A stretch of 63,966 bases of DNA, filler included, from Octopus bimaculoides (GCF_001194135.2; 4 parts of 4 records of this genome joined end to end with filler, not necessarily neighbours in it); one strand, 5' to 3'. Counted from the whole stretch's first letter, positions 1 through 14,666 are shown. Translations and numbers: made by a program. Notes: a model not told the origin generated them from the sequence alone.

Positions 1-292
1 AGTCTAAAAACAGAAACAATTCCTATCATAGTAGGTGCCTTAGGTATAATAAAAAAATATTCAGACAAATACATAACAAAAACACCAGGATTTACAAATA
101 TATATAACATACAGAAAATTGCACTACTGGGTACTGCACACATTCTACGCAAAACACTTTCAATACAGTAAACATAAGAGCACCACAGCAAACCACAGCA
201 CATACCCAAGGCGCACAGAGCTGCGCTCGGTAGTGAAGTGAAAGCACGTTATAAAAATAAAACTACTGAATAATAATAATAACAATAATAAT
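1..292 (+). mobile_element. 3' end of R4/Dong-clade non-LTR retrotransposon (C-terminus of restriction-like endonuclease domain, 3' UTR, (TAA)n tail)
   Basis: Frame 1 (1-171) translates to SLKTETIPIIVGALGIIKK...IQKIALLGTAHILRKTLSIQ*, the typical PIxxGALG...QKxALLGTxxILR end of RLE-type elements. It is followed by a short UTR and taataataat repeats. Confidence 0.8.
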
Positions 293-324
293 AGATCGAT
301 AGACAGACAGACAGACAGACAGAC

Positions 325-379
<55 letters not shown>

Positions 380-1026
380 GCCATGTAAAGATCATGAGTA
401 ATTCATGTGTTCCTTGACCGGAACGAAATACTCATACAATTTGTGTGCCAGTGGTTAAGTAATCCAATGACACACGTGCTCTTAAAATACTCGTCAGGAA
501 AAACTATTATGAAACCCAATTCCGCTCGGAAGACATGTTGAATCAACTCACTTGTAGAAAATGCTTTTATAACTGATAGCATTTTGAGATCGAACTCAGA
601 ATTTCATTATAGCAGACGTTGAGCTCATGTGATAATCATACCTTGCCAACGGATGCTGAAATCTTTGTCTAAATAAGCAGAAAATATCTGGTAGCATAGA
701 TAGATTATCGTGATTAAATTACTGCAGCCAACTGTTAGAATGCGAACATGATAATGTACAAATGCGAAATTTGTACCCGTGCATCACATATATTCATTCA
801 GATGTGAAAATGAAGTGCTATGCACATATAGTTACTTTTTTATATAGTGCTCATACACGCACATAGACACAAAAGTGTCACACTGATAAATCTTCTACAA
901 AAGCCGCTGTCCTACTTACCTTCGACCAACCATATATTACTAAAAACACACCTACATGGATATTATGAATAATTTACACACATGAATATATTTATACATA
1001 TATAAACAGACACACCCATACACACA

Positions 1027-1063
<37 letters not shown>

Positions 1064-1073
1064 NNNNNNNNNN

Positions 1074-1113
<40 letters not shown>

Positions 1114-1437
1114 AACAAAGAGTGAGAGAGAGAAAGAGACAATATAAAACATTTACGCACAATACTCAGAAACACATACACACATATATATGTGTATTAT
1201 ATATACGCATCATACGTGCAACGCGTCTTATTGAGAAAGGGTTTCTATTCAATTACATAATTTGATATTCACAGACTTCAACACATGTGATGCATATAGA
1301 GTTATAATTATAGTCTTCACACTATACACTTATACACGTCTATTTGCAGTGTATGTTCATACAAATATATACACATATGACCGACATTCATGCACGCCTA
1401 CTTTTATATTATACGACGTTTTGTTTTCGATGTATCA

Positions 1438-1438
<1 letters not shown>

Positions 1439-1517
<79 letters not shown>

Positions 1518-1550
1518 CACACACACACACGCAAACACACACACACAGAA

Positions 1551-1601
<51 letters not shown>

Positions 1602-1616
1602 GAAACACACACACAG

Positions 1617-1655
<39 letters not shown>
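1439..1655. repeat. (CA)n microsatellite with GAAA/CAAA interruptions; representative of dozens of (CA)n, (TA)n, (CT)n, (GATA)n, (TAA)n and (TATG)n arrays in the window
   Basis: Directly visible. These arrays explain most low-complexity ORFs in the track. Confidence 0.95.
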
Positions 1656-1658
<3 letters not shown>

Positions 1659-3020
1659 ACGCACTAATGCATAGACACACAATCAAGCCTACAAGTCTTG
1701 TTTAGATAAACTCGTGCTAACAAATTCAAGAGGGTGTATGTGTGTATGAGTGAGGGTGTACCTCTGTGTGTGTGTGTGCATGCTATATGTATGTACGTAT
1801 GTATGTATGTACGTATGTATGTATGTATGTATGTGTGTGTGTGTGTGTGTGTATGCTTGTATGTATGCATGTAATATACAACCTGACCTTTGACAGTTCA
1901 CTCCCAGTTGGATAGTTCGTAGCATATCTCTTCTAGTTTGATATAATGAGTTAAATTGCTGGTGCTGTTTGTTATGGTTATTGTAGTTGTCGTCGATGTG
2001 TCGATGCAGGTCATGGTGGTAGCGCCACTCCTGTTGCTGTAGTCGTGTTAGTTTTATTTGTGTAAGAGTAGTACAATTGTTCTGTCATTTGAGATGGTGG
2101 TGGGGGCGGAGATCTACTGGTTATGGAGTTACACTCATGATCACAAGATCATGGGTTCGATTCCCGGAACGGACACCGCGTTGTGCTCTTCGATGAGGTT
2201 GTAATTCATAGTTTAATCGAAAGTAATATGTCACTAATAGTACATGAAATAAATGATGAAATGAATAAAGAAGAAAAACGATGATTAGAGAATTAAAACT
2301 AATAATTTCCCGGTGTGCACAACAAAACACAGATCCTACTTAGTATATGAGAGCTTTTGGCTTTTATGACTATTTACACTCGTTGACACACCTGTATCCA
2401 TCATATATAAATGACTACTTTCTTCGAAGTCACGTTTACCACAATAGTATATGACCCTGCTGAAACTTCGTTTGTGATGCAGTTTGATGCTAAAACTATT
2501 AAAACAAAAATCATGGATATAGTGAATAAAAATTAATTAATAATCTTTATTTATCCATATAAATCAGAAGTAGAAATTTAATGTAGCTTTCAACTATAAC
2601 CGTATAGTAGTAACTTGTAAATATTTTACACGGAAAATGTCATTAGGATCCAACAAAATCACCCTATTCATCGTCTTGATTACTGAATATTTCTTCTAAA
2701 TCATCAGAATGAATATCATAATATAGCTGCCTCCTCCACATCGCTATCCGTAATTATAGGTTCCATATAATCTTTTATTTCTTCATCACCGTTCCACAGA
2801 TATTCGTTGTTTTGAATGCATCTCAATGCATTCGAAATTGCGTATTTTTTTATGATTTGATAATGACATCGGCTTTTATTTGTTCCTATAAATTAACGAT
2901 TCATATACTGATCAAGGGCAGTTATGGAGCCCTCTTATGGGTGCCATCCGCCATTTGGATCAGTGACTTTCTCTCAGATCTCAATATTGTGGCATGACCC
3001 CATCGCGCTCTCTCTATCTT

Positions 3021-3127
<107 letters not shown>

Positions 3128-5713
3128 GTACCACATCATATCAACTCTGTCGTGCAGAAAGGCTCGATTTTCTCCCACTATGACACGTGCAACGACAACC
3201 ACTCCTATCTAAATGCTGCCAGTTTCATTCATCCGTGGCCTTCGATACTCGAGCATCATTTAAATGCAAGCAAGATGCCTCCTGCTAATTCTGTACTGAA
3301 TGGTTCATGAATCGAGGTCACAAAACATCTCTCAATGACATAATGCTAATCTTGCCCCTTTCAACACTGAAAAAAGGTATTCATTGCTAATACCAAGAGG
3401 ATATTAACACACCTGTCTTCTAAATATAAATCGTTCGCAACTGCAGCCTTCTCAATATTTTAAACTCCAAGGATTTTCTCCCGGAGCACACACAACCTCA
3501 TCATCTCAGACCACTCAAAACTCGCAAAATATATTCTGAACCAAAACATACGTAAAATACTATCAACAACTAACGTTCAACAACTGAGTACTGCTCCCCA
3601 CTCAAAGACAGATCTGCTACTTTATAGACATAGAAAACATCTAATAAAAGGCTCCACAGCACACTTGTATGAAGTCGTTCACGAATATATTCCAATCAAT
3701 GGCTAATAAACATGTCTCCCCTCTCTGCCTTTTTCACCACTACCTCACTTCGGTACTGGCTGGTCTCATCTCGCCTCCACTCAAGCTCTTTCCTTTCACT
3801 CGTCGCTCTTTTCTCGTCATCCATATTGCATCCATTCCTCTTGTCTCTACACAACCACTCGATACAATCATTCGTACTCAAAACACCACTACCTTAGAAA
3901 TTCCTTTGTGCAAGTTTTTACTCTTCAAGTGACAAAACAAGAGTATGAATTCCCCCGGTATCGGAGAACTTGCAGAAATCATGTTCAAAGAAACTTCCCT
4001 TAGATCAAACCAATAACAAAAGAGGTTTTATAACTATATTATAATTCATAAATTACACTGCATGTCTGTCCTCGATGATAAGAAGAAAAATGCCTGCAAT
4101 ATTCGCAAGAATATTTCAAGTTATGTTTTACTGCTTTTATCATTACTAATGTGTAACAATATCAATGTGTTTGATATGTGAGAAGACATTTGCGAATGCA
4201 ATCCACTTTGAGTAAATATATCATGATACGAAAACAACGGCATGAAATTTATTCATCATCTCATTCAGACGCTAATGGGATAATCAATACCTCTTATCCT
4301 TTAACACAGCAAAAAAAGATGAATGTTAGGCACGGTTAGATACAAAGCAATCATACAACTCGAAAGGAGCACCACTGAAACTGTTACAGAACAGGTTTTG
4401 AGCCAGTTCATAAGGTTATATTTCTGAGTAAAAATACAATACAGCAATATATTGATGAGAGGTTAAAATACCGAACAGCAAAGTATTAATGAGATACCAA
4501 GGTACAATACAACCTCCATGTATTGGTAAGATAACGTTAACTTCAGTACATCAAGAGTGCAAACTTTCCATATGTTAGTATGAGATAACATTTTGAATGT
4601 TTATTTTCTTAGTAAGCTGCTGTAGTCCTCCTTGAAATTCTATGTCGATAAATCTCAATTTACCAACAATCTTAAATTTTCTCGAAAGGCAAAACGATTT
4701 TCTTGTGCTTAAATGAGAACTATATCAAAATAGGTACATGTCAGGAATGACTGGTATCGAAAATTTTTAGTTTTTATTGAAGAAAAATAGTTCCTCATAT
4801 ATGCAGTGTATATAGCACAGACTACATCTTGTGGCGAAATTAGAAATCAGTAGAAAATTGTATGATGTTTGGAAAGTATGCGTCAAATCTATAAAAACCG
4901 TTAAAAGCAAATCCACCAAGCTATCGATGTCTTACATTTTTATGTGATACAAATGAAAGATTTCAAACAGCTTCTTTGAAGTAAGGTAGTTATTTCGAGG
5001 AGATAGCTTACTAATGTTTTTTTCTCTTATTTTAAGTTTCATGTAACTTTAGAGTTCCTTAATGATGTGGATCCAACAACTGGTAATGAACTGTAGCTGT
5101 ATAAATAATCATCGATTTTATGTAACAAACTTATTTTGTTAATGCAATTATGTGTACAAACAATTGCAAAGGGTTCAGGCTTGAAATCTTATTTGGGGAT
5201 TTCAAATAATGATTAACTCAAATCTTTTCTAAGATAAGAGGGATTTCAATATAACTCAAATTCGTCAAGAATGAAACAAGAACCAAACAAACATATTTCA
5301 GAAACAACATACAACTGTGTACATCAACGTTGTGAATTGCAAGAAAGTCATTAGATATGCATTTGAGGATCTTGAGAATATGGAGATTTATGACTAGATT
5401 GCTTCTCTGTCGTATACTGCATTAGAAAAAGAAGATAACGAGATAAAAATTGAGAAAATGATTGAAATAAACGTGAATCTCGAGGTAAAGTTTTTATTTT
5501 AAAGGTCCCTTGAATAATAAACAAACTACAACTAAATAACTAAATACTATGGGACTGATGATACATTTTTCCTTGCATTTCCATTTTTTTATTAGTCAAA
5601 ATCCGATTTACTCTTATAAATGTTCTGTTATTAAAAGTAAACAGACATAATATCAGTGAATATGATTTTCTATCACCAAATCTGACACTCATTGTAACGT
5701 TTATACATTTATT

Positions 5714-5812
5714 AAGGCGCGAGCTGGCAGAATCGTTAGCACGCCGGGTAAATTGTAATCCACTTACTCCTCACCTGAAATTGCTGGCCTTGTACCGAAA
5801 TTTTAAATCAAT
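5714..5812 (+). mobile_element. tRNA-derived SINE family A, internally deleted copy
   Basis: The head aaggcgcgagctggcagaatcgttagcacgccggg recurs at 15846, 18817, 27896 and, on the minus strand, at 32475. Confidence 0.7.
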
Positions 5813-5989
5813 ATTGCTAAAATTAATGTAGTCGAGCTAGTTTTACTTGCAATACTACGATATTTAGTAGTTTCTATTCCGGTATCATTAAACGAGAAAT
5901 ATGTGAAATATATTTTTTTTTCACGAAATAAAATAGATTTGCTGCAAGATTAAACTTGTTTGGTTCTTTCAGCGTTTGTTAATTCTTTT

Positions 5990-6330
5990 GACTTCGTGTT
6001 GGGCATACGGCACTAACAAGAGATTTCCATCCGTCTCGATATTTGGCAACGAATTGCAGTTGTCACCAGGTCTAGTTTCCTGCCGGTGCTTCAACTACTG
6101 TGAACTTTCTCCATCATGCTTTCGGTCTGCTACATGTTCAATACCCTCAGGGTGTCCATAGGCGGGATCGCCTCGTCAGGTTCGAAACAGAATTCTAAGG
6201 GGCGTGTCCCACTGAACCCATTTCCTTCTCTTGTTCTAGGTTTCCAAATCCTGCTGATTCCTCTTTTCTGACTAGGATTTGTTCGTGAGTTTCAGGATTT
6301 TGTAGAGTAAAACAAAAGCGTGCTTTCGCT
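5990..6330 (-). mobile_element. Degenerate 3' fragment of an RTE-type LINE ORF
   Basis: The minus strand gives frameshifted RRKW.., LWTP.G, RPK..WR and AKYRDGWKSLVSAVCP, resembling RTE C-termini. Confidence 0.5.
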
Positions 6331-6332
6331 AT

Positions 6333-6371
<39 letters not shown>

Positions 6372-6599
6372 CTGTGTGTGTGTATGTATGTGTATGTGTG
6401 TGTGCGTGCGCGCGTGTGTGTGTGTATATATGTGTGAGTGACAATCAGTTATCATTGTTTATGAGCCACAGAATATGGGCCAATTACGTTTCAAATCATA
6501 TATATTTTGCATTGATTAATGAATATGGTAGATAACATTTTGAGGATAACGCCGAATGCTACTGGTACTATTATGTATTTTCCAGCCCACTGTAAAATA

Positions 6600-8540
6600 A
6601 ATGATCTCCTTTGATGACTTTTGTGAACACATTACCGAATACCCTACAAAAAAAAAACGAATTAAATCCAACTTCAACACAAATGAATGGAAAAACTTAA
6701 TGGAGTTGAAACATGATATAAACCTGACATTAAAGAAGCCGATAAAGGAAGTGCGGTAGTAGTGATAGACACAAGGTACTCTAAAACTTTAATACTCTCC
6801 ACGTTGAAAACAATATTTACAATGAGAAGATAGAGCGCTATAACCCACAGAAGACATTTAAAAACGTATCCTCCTTACTTCAAATACATGGAAAGGGCCC
6901 CACTAAAAAAGAAATTGACCATCCAATTTTAAATACCGACCAAGTATATCCTACGAATTACCTAAAATACACAAAAATCCGCATATTAATAAATCTTGTA
7001 ATTAATCTCCAAGCCTATGCATTAATGTTCCTCCCCTTGCTGACCGCAAACTAAGTCCCGTCATTGTTGGCCCCACTTGTGAAACCTACTGTTTGAGCAA
7101 TTTCCTCGACATCTTACTCAAACCATTTTTAAAATATGAGAAAAGTTTTTGATCAGGGATGATTTAGACATGCTTAAACACCTCCCAAAAACAATAAATG
7201 AAGGAACCCTGTTAGTATCATTGGATATGGTGAACTTGTACACCAATATTCCACACGACTATAGTAGAAAAATACCCAGAAGAGATCCCAGGACGCATCA
7301 ACTACAAATTCATAATTGCAGCACTGAAATTTATCCTACAGAACAACTATTTCACGTTCGATAAAGTTTACTATCGACAAGATGTGGAATTGCAATGGGA
7401 ACACCAACTGCACCAGTGATTGCGAACCTTGTAATGGGTTATCTAGAACTTGAAATATACCAATCATCACTACAAAAATATGGCACTTCATTTCATTGCT
7501 ATTTAAAGGGGGACTGGAAGAGGTACTTAGATGATTGCTTTATACTTTGGAACGATAGCATGGACAAACTCCTCGATTTCAAGATAATGCTCAACAATAC
7601 TAATTGCAACATACAATTCACCGTGGAACACAGCAATAAACAACTTCCTTTCTTGACATCCTAATTAAAATAGTCAATAACCACATCGAAACGGAGATTT
7701 TCTATAAACCCACAGATTCAAAACAATACCTATTATTCAGCTCATTATCCAAACACATAAAAATTAATATACCTTATAATCTAGCGAAAAGAATCTGTAC
7801 TATAGTTTCGGATACCAATACTCATAAAACGAAGAATCAGGAGACATTACCCAACATCAATAATAAATGATGGGATTAAACGAGTGAAGGAAATAAACAT
7901 ACAAACATTAAGGGAAGTTAACCGAAATACTACACCAGATCTAAAAATACTTCCTTACATCTCCATACACAATCCTAGAAACAATGAGGCCTTCAACATC
8001 ATCATCCAAAATCTACCCCTTATCACTTGAGATAAAACAATGAACAACATTCTAAGCTCACACAAAATTATCAAGAGCAAAATGCAACCGAAATCATTGA
8101 AAAAATATTATCCAGCGCGAGACTATATCCATTAGCAACAGAACCAAATGTGTAAAAACGTGGGCAGCCTAGCTGTGGCACACGACCACACCTTTTGGAG
8201 GGTACAGAGTTTCACTTGAAACAAGGTGAAATATTTAAGATTAAATCAAATTTCACCTGTGTCTCTGGAAACTTAATCTATGCTATTACCTGCTTAGGGT
8301 GCGGGAATCACTATATAGGTCAAACAGGAATGTCACTCTGACGAAGAACAATTCTTCACAAAGTACAAATCCGCCATCCACAATATAGTCAGATATAGGT
8401 CAGTGAGCACACAGACAGGTGTGCTAGGAACCTTAAACCGAACTTTCTAATTTTCCCTTTTTATCAATGTTGACAGAACACCTCAGTACAGCAAAGATTA
8501 AAGAGGCAACTTTCATTAATAAATATCATCCACAACTCAA
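6600..8540 (+). mobile_element. Penelope-like element (RT + GIY-YIG endonuclease), pseudogenised by frameshifts and stops
   Basis: Motifs appear in order: EADKGSAVVV, YELPKIHK, LSNFLDILLKPF, LVSLDMVNLYTNIP, GIAMGTPTAPVIANLVMGYLE, WKRYLDDCF, FTVEHSNKQLPFL, then NLIYAITCLGCGNHYIGQTG (GIY-YIG). Confidence 0.92.
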
Positions 8541-8879
8541 CATTAATACACAACTTAATATAGGACACTACTAACCTTACCAATACCAATAATTCCCACT
8601 AATCTCCATACATCCGATACAGCATATTTTAATTGTATCTCTTCCAGAACAGCTTACCTCCGTTGCATGTAATCTTTTCACTCAGGTACTATTAGACCCA
8701 ACACCGTTTGGAAATCGGTGTTCATTCAAAGTCATTGATCAGCTCCGACGATACCGGTATGACTTTGAATCACTATAATGATTCCCAATAAAGATTTATA
8801 TACTTCATAATTCCAATTCAAATAAACTAATTGTATGCATATATTTTCTTTTCTTAAAAAAGTCTTTATNNNNNNNNNN

Positions 8880-8913
<34 letters not shown>

Positions 8914-9333
8914 TGTTATACATATGTACATGCATTCAAATATACATATGTACATATGAATGAATACGCATATATGTGTGCGTTTCTGCGCGCGCGTGTG
9001 TGCAGACGTGTGCGTGCGCGCCTATGTACAGATACGTACACTCGCATCAATGCACACATTCTCTCAAACCCTTATGAGAGCCTCTAGACACCCACATATA
9101 GAACTATATACTTGCACATGCCGCTTCTTCCTACTTCCCCCAACAATCTAACTGATTTCCTAACCCCTACGTGGTCTATTTCCTGTCCTCCACATGGTCA
9201 ATTGCCTGCTCATCATGCGGTATTTTCCAACTAACTGTTACCCATATACCAACAACAGACCACGTCACCGCGTGACCTTCCTCGATCAATCGCAGTCCAC
9301 TTTACGGTAATAACAATCAACTTCTGTCTTTCG

Positions 9334-9395
9334 AATTCAAAATGACTGACGACTAGCATCACGCTTGAAACTCAAGAGTACGAACGAATTTGAAT
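9334..9395 (+). ncRNA. Hammerhead-ribozyme-like motif in a probable Penelope terminal repeat
   Basis: CTGACGA (9346-9352), AGC-atcac-GCT stem II, GAAA, ACTC-aa-GAGT stem III, GTA triplet (ends 9380). Stem I and the stem II closing pair are imperfect. Confidence 0.5.
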
Positions 9396-12152
9396 CAAAC
9401 TGTTTTGATCCAGCATCAAACTAATACAACTGCTTGTTGATCATAAACCTGTCTTCATGTTTTGTTTTTCTGTAAATTGCAACTATATATATATATATAT
9501 TATATATAACAGCGGAAACTTTGGCTCCAAACCCCTCTTTTATCAAATGTCATTCATAAATATAATGCTATCTATAACTAAGTCATACGCAACGCGAATA
9601 TTTTCCCACTAAACTCCATGTAGATAATAGAGCTGAAATCTACACCATGACTTGGAAAATAGTGACTAAAGTACCTCAATTTAGACTTCATTTGCTAACA
9701 AAAATATAGAGAAATTAAACCCCAGAGACCTGAATTATGCATAGTTAAGAATTCCAGAAGCGGTTATTCATGGACTAAAATGTACGAACGCATCCAATTA
9801 TAAAAGACGAACGTATCCGAACGGTTTTCTGAGTCCACAGCTAACAACAGTGTACAGTTTACTTAATTTGACATTGCTAATCTTTACTTTTCTGAAATCT
9901 TTAGTCTTCACAAATATAATCGTATCGATTAGGAAATCCGGTATTAATAATACAAAACCGCTTGCAATAAAATCCTTTTTATTTTCGTTTTTTTCTTTAA
10001 GTTTTGTTATTTCAGACTAACTATACGGAGAAACGGCGATGAATATTTGATGCTACCATGAGATATATGACATTGTTCAATTGTACGAAATAGTAAAAAT
10101 TTAATCTCATGCCATTGGCAGCAAAAGTTTCTTCAGTAAGAGGAAGAATGTACAGAGACAACGAACTTATTACAAATGTAGTGTGGACATGAATTAGATT
10201 TTGCAAAGAGCTAATAAAGCTGTGAAATGGATATATATTGGATACTAATCCCACTATAGTTATTTTGTAGACATTACTTTAGAAGTAAATAAATTTTGTT
10301 CTCACCATAAATACAATGAAAACTTATTCTGTGTAAATAAGAATACTAACCATTTACCTAGCGCATGTATTTCGTCGTTATTTTCAGAAGGAACCATATT
10401 TAACAGTGCCTCTCATAATTACAATTTCATTACTCAGATCAGTAAATTATCAACTAAAATATATCTACCAGCCTCTAATATTCAAAAGTATGAACGAAGG
10501 TGATAGAAATATATGTCACACGATCCAGAGTATAATGCAGGAGTGAGCATAAACATAACTGAAACTTCAGTAATTTAATTTCCCTTCACTTTCCAAAATC
10601 TATAAATATAATAAAATCATTAACAAAATTTTGAAGGTTAGCTATGTAGAATGTAAAATGTGATAGCCTAATATAATTAATTCAGATTGTATGTCCAAAT
10701 ATCATTGCGACATATGAAATTATTACTTATGTTAAATATCTAGCAAAGTTACCTGAGGATCGTAATAGACCGAAAATTCTAGACTGCATCACGCAGTAGC
10801 TATTTTCCAGTTATTTTCAATTTGAGGGAGACAAGACTGCGTAACAGAAATCCACCTGTGTTGGATCTGTGACGTACTGAAGATTTGAATTTGTATCATC
10901 TTGTAAACATGTTCCCAAGTATCAATTGTTTAATTACAATCATCAAACGAATAATTCTTCTCTTTGAAGTTGTATGTTTGATATTGCAGCTGTTTTTATG
11001 TTTCTTGTTTCTGTTTCTGAAAAATTCCTCTTACAAAACAATTTTATTTTCTTAAAATTCAGTGCAACGAATATATAAATTGTATATCCCCTTTACTACT
11101 TACTGTATCAAAGATACATTTAAAATTAGTGTCCACATACGTACAGTCTGTTCTCTACAGGCATATCCACACCGATTTTTTCATTTATTTTCTCTTTTTA
11201 TATGCATAATTTATTTCCCACCTCCATCTCTTAATCTTTCCACCCAAAATATTTTTTTAATGTTGTGAGAGTACAGATTAGAAGTGTTAATAAGATATTA
11301 ACGTCGCTCAATCAATTTTATTTTTACTGCCACAACTCGGCATTCCGAGGAAGCTGTTTTACCGCATACCAGTTTATACGGGCACTTGCCACAACCACTT
11401 CGGGCTATTAAACTACTGACACCAAGAAAATTGAACAGAATTATATTACACTGTGTTATTTCGGACAATGAATATTTTAACATTTTATTTAATGACAGAT
11501 TTCAAAAATATATGGAAAACNNNNNNNNNNNNNNNNNNNNNNNNNNNNNNNNNNNNNNNNNNNNNNNNNNNNNNNNNNNNNNNNNNNNNNNNNNNNNNNN
11601 NNNNNNNNNNNNNNNNNNNNNNNNNNNNNNNNNNNNNNATATATATATATATATACGTATACATATATATGGGAAACGTTTTGGATATGCAAATGAAGTT
11701 CCTATTCTATTATGCCGGCCACAGTCTAATGTTGACTGGTGAACCAGTTTATCGGGGTTGCATCGAGCTATACCGATGTAATGTAGGATAAATATAATAA
11801 CAATAATAGTAACCCTTCGATGGAGTTTATAAACACTTAATGCATCGCTACGACCGTTTTGGCAAATCACATGCCTCTTAAGAACACGTTCGTATTTCTG
11901 AGATAATTACAACAAAGGGATAAACATCCCCCTCTCGTACATGCTCTAATATTATATCGCCTGAGAAAATGAATCCATGAAGATGATCAACCGATATTAT
12001 GGACTGCACTGTAATAATCACAGGAATACGGACTGTGATTTTAAGATACAGGTGATGTTTGGAAACGCGCGTAACGAAGCCTTAAGTGCTTATAAATTCC
12101 ATCCAAGGATTAATGTTATTGTGTGTGGGTGGGTGTAAGTGTGTGTATGTGT

Positions 12153-12860
12153 GAGGTCATCCCATAATTAATGTCCGGATTTTAAATAAGGAAAACGAGT
12201 GATCAAATCTTTAATGGTAATCAATTTGAAAGAGCAAGGCCCGGGGAATAAGGTGGATGAGCAATTTCCTCCCAGCAAGGTTCTCGATCTTTTGTGACGT
12301 GCTCTTTGCCGTGTGGGGATTTGCACTGTCCTGATGAAGCACCACTCCCTTTCAATTCATTAAAGCAGGCCTTTATTCTTCAAAGCAGCGTTTAAACGCT
12401 CGGATTTCTTGCAGTGGATATGAGCATTGACTGTTGCATAAGTAGGTAGCAACTCAAAATGGATGACTCGTTTGCAATCCCAACGAACAGAGAGACGAAC
12501 CTTCTTTGCAAGGAGTTCCATTTTCGGCTGTGGTTCGGTCTTTCCCCCTTCACCAAGCCAATATCTACGACGCTTAACATTTTGATAAAGGACCCGTTTT
12601 TCATTACTGGTCACCAGTTTGTCCAAAAAGGGCCAGAAAAGTTTACGAGAACGAAAAGATTTGCGGTTGGCTTCAGACAAATCATGAGACACCAATTTTC
12701 CGTGTTTTGGGACCTTTCCAAGCTGTTGAAGATGGCAGTGAACAGTTGTATGGCTTGAACGATGCTTGCTTGCCATTTCATCAACTGAAGCTGCATTAAT
12801 TTTTCAAGTTCTGTCAAAAGGAGTTTATCATCAAACTCAATTGGACATCCTAGTATAAAA
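12153..12860 (-). mobile_element. Mariner-family transposase relic, 5'-truncated
   Basis: Minus-strand ORF 12360-12776 has GKLVSHDL (WVPHEL-like), LVTSNEKRVLY (TGDEKW-like) and WDCKRVIHFELL. Downstream broken frames give VVLHQDSANPH and PYSPDLA-like sequence. Confidence 0.88.
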
Positions 12861-13273
12861 CAATTGCAATGTCGCGTAACTAATTCTTATTTTTCAAATA
12901 GTTTGCCCGTTATGTTGTTCAAAAAATAAATTAAGAACGAAAGAAAGAAATGAATAATGAAAATTTGTGCATAATTACACACATATTATACATATATATA
13001 CATACACACTCGTACATGCATGATTTTAAATTTACATATGTGCGCGCACACACAGAAATATCCCGGGAAATACTACTATCACAGGTATGTGAATTTATAC
13101 CACCTCCATTTGTAACTAGTTTTATGAGTTCTAACACACCAAACTCTCGGATCTTGATTCACTCTTTGCTTCTGCTAAACGTTAATATTAATAGTATATA
13201 CATTGCTCCAGCATGGTCACAGTCTAATGACTGAAGCAAGTAAAAGATAAGAGATAAAAGATATACATTAATA

Positions 13274-13312
<39 letters not shown>

Positions 13313-13316
13313 TGTT

Positions 13317-13347
<31 letters not shown>

Positions 13348-13972
13348 TNNNNNNNNNNNNNNNNNNNNNNNNNNNNNNNNNNNNNNNNNNNNNNNNNNNN
13401 NNNNNNNNNNNNNNNNNNNNNNNNNNNNNNNNNNNNNNNNNNNNNNNNNNNNNNNNNNNNNNNNNNNNNNNNNNNNNNNNNNNNNNNNNNNNNNNNNNNN
13501 NNNNNNNNNNNNNNNNNNNNNNNNNNNNNNNNNNNNNNNNNNNNNNNNNNNNNNNNNNNNNNNNNNNNNNNNNNNNNNNNNNNNNNNNNNNNNNNNNNNN
13601 ATATATATATATATTGATATTAATGTGTTTGTGCATGTATGTATGTACGTATGTGTATTAGGATAACTCTCCAACTTCAAATCCTGCACCAATCTTCAAA
13701 CATTATTTGAAGATTACAAGACGGGTTGAAAGAAGAGTTTCGTCTACATGTAGTTTATCATCATTAATAAAAGGTCAATAACCTGCAATGCTTTTGACAC
13801 AAATTAGCCGCTGCTGCTTTAGTTACTAATATATAAGAATATATTATGTTTAATTTCACCGAATTTGTTTGTTACAGTTAGATTTAGTCTGGAAATAAAT
13901 TATTCATTTGTAAATATCGTATTATTATACTCTAAGCACACCTAGTTACTTAATAGGTTTATAGTAGTAGCT

Positions 13973-14334
13973 TGTTGTTGGCACTCCGTCGAAGGTTCTA
14001 GTTGATCTGATCAACGGAACAGCCTGCTCGTGAAATTAACGTGCAAGTGGCTGAGCACTCCACAGACACGTGTACCCTTAACGTAGTTCTCAGGGATATT
14101 CAGCGTGACAAGGCTGACCCTTTGAATTACAGACACAACAGAAACAGGAAGTAAGAGTCAGAGAAAGTTGTGGTGGAAGAGTACAGCAGGGTTCGCCACC
14201 ATCCCCTGCCGGAGCCTCGTGGAGCTTTTAGGTGTTTTCGCTCAAGAAACACTGACAGCGCCCGGTCTGGGAATCGAAGCCGTGATCCTATGACCACGAG
14301 TCCGCTCCCCTAACCACTAGGCCATTGTGCCTCC
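13973..14334 (-). mobile_element. Full-length tRNA-derived SINE (family B) with 10-bp TSD
   Basis: Minus-strand head tggaggcacaatggcctagtggttagg...ggcttcgattcccagaccgg (box A/B). agtagtagct flanks it at 13963-13972 and 14335-14344. Confidence 0.85.
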
Positions 14335-14666
14335 AGTAGTAGCTATAGTCATATGAAAGGTTGTTAACGATGTTGTTGCAGGTTAACCTATTCCAGCATT
14401 AGTAAATCAGAGGTGTTTCAGACGAGAACAAGGATGTGTAATTTGAGGGAGATTTTGCCTGCGATTTCTAACAGAGGAAGTGATGTGTTACCTCTTAAAC
14501 TCGTAAAGTCTTGTTTTAATATTGGCTCTCCGCTGGATGTTTTGGTACATTGAATAAATATTGATTGAAGTTACGTCATTTTTATCCTTTGCAACACATG
14601 TTTTGTCTCACAATCCACCTGAGACAGCTACCAAGGCATTGATACCATTATCTTAGGCGATGTATG

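Noticed and set aside
2118-2192. tRNA gene (box B-like GGTTCGATTCCC); likewise other tRNA-like heads
   Set aside because: No complete cloverleaf, and it continues into SINE body sequence, so it is a SINE head remnant.
3130-3930. Possible Penelope N-terminal fragment (similar impression at 56880-57120 on the minus strand)
   Set aside because: Only a faint HxxYLxxC...IxxGL-like resemblance that needs several frameshifts; too weak to call.
6100-6190. Minus-strand CTGACGA followed by a GGCG/CGCC hairpin, resembling a hammerhead
   Set aside because: There is no adjacent GAAA, stem III or NUH, and it lies within an RTE coding remnant, so it is likely chance.
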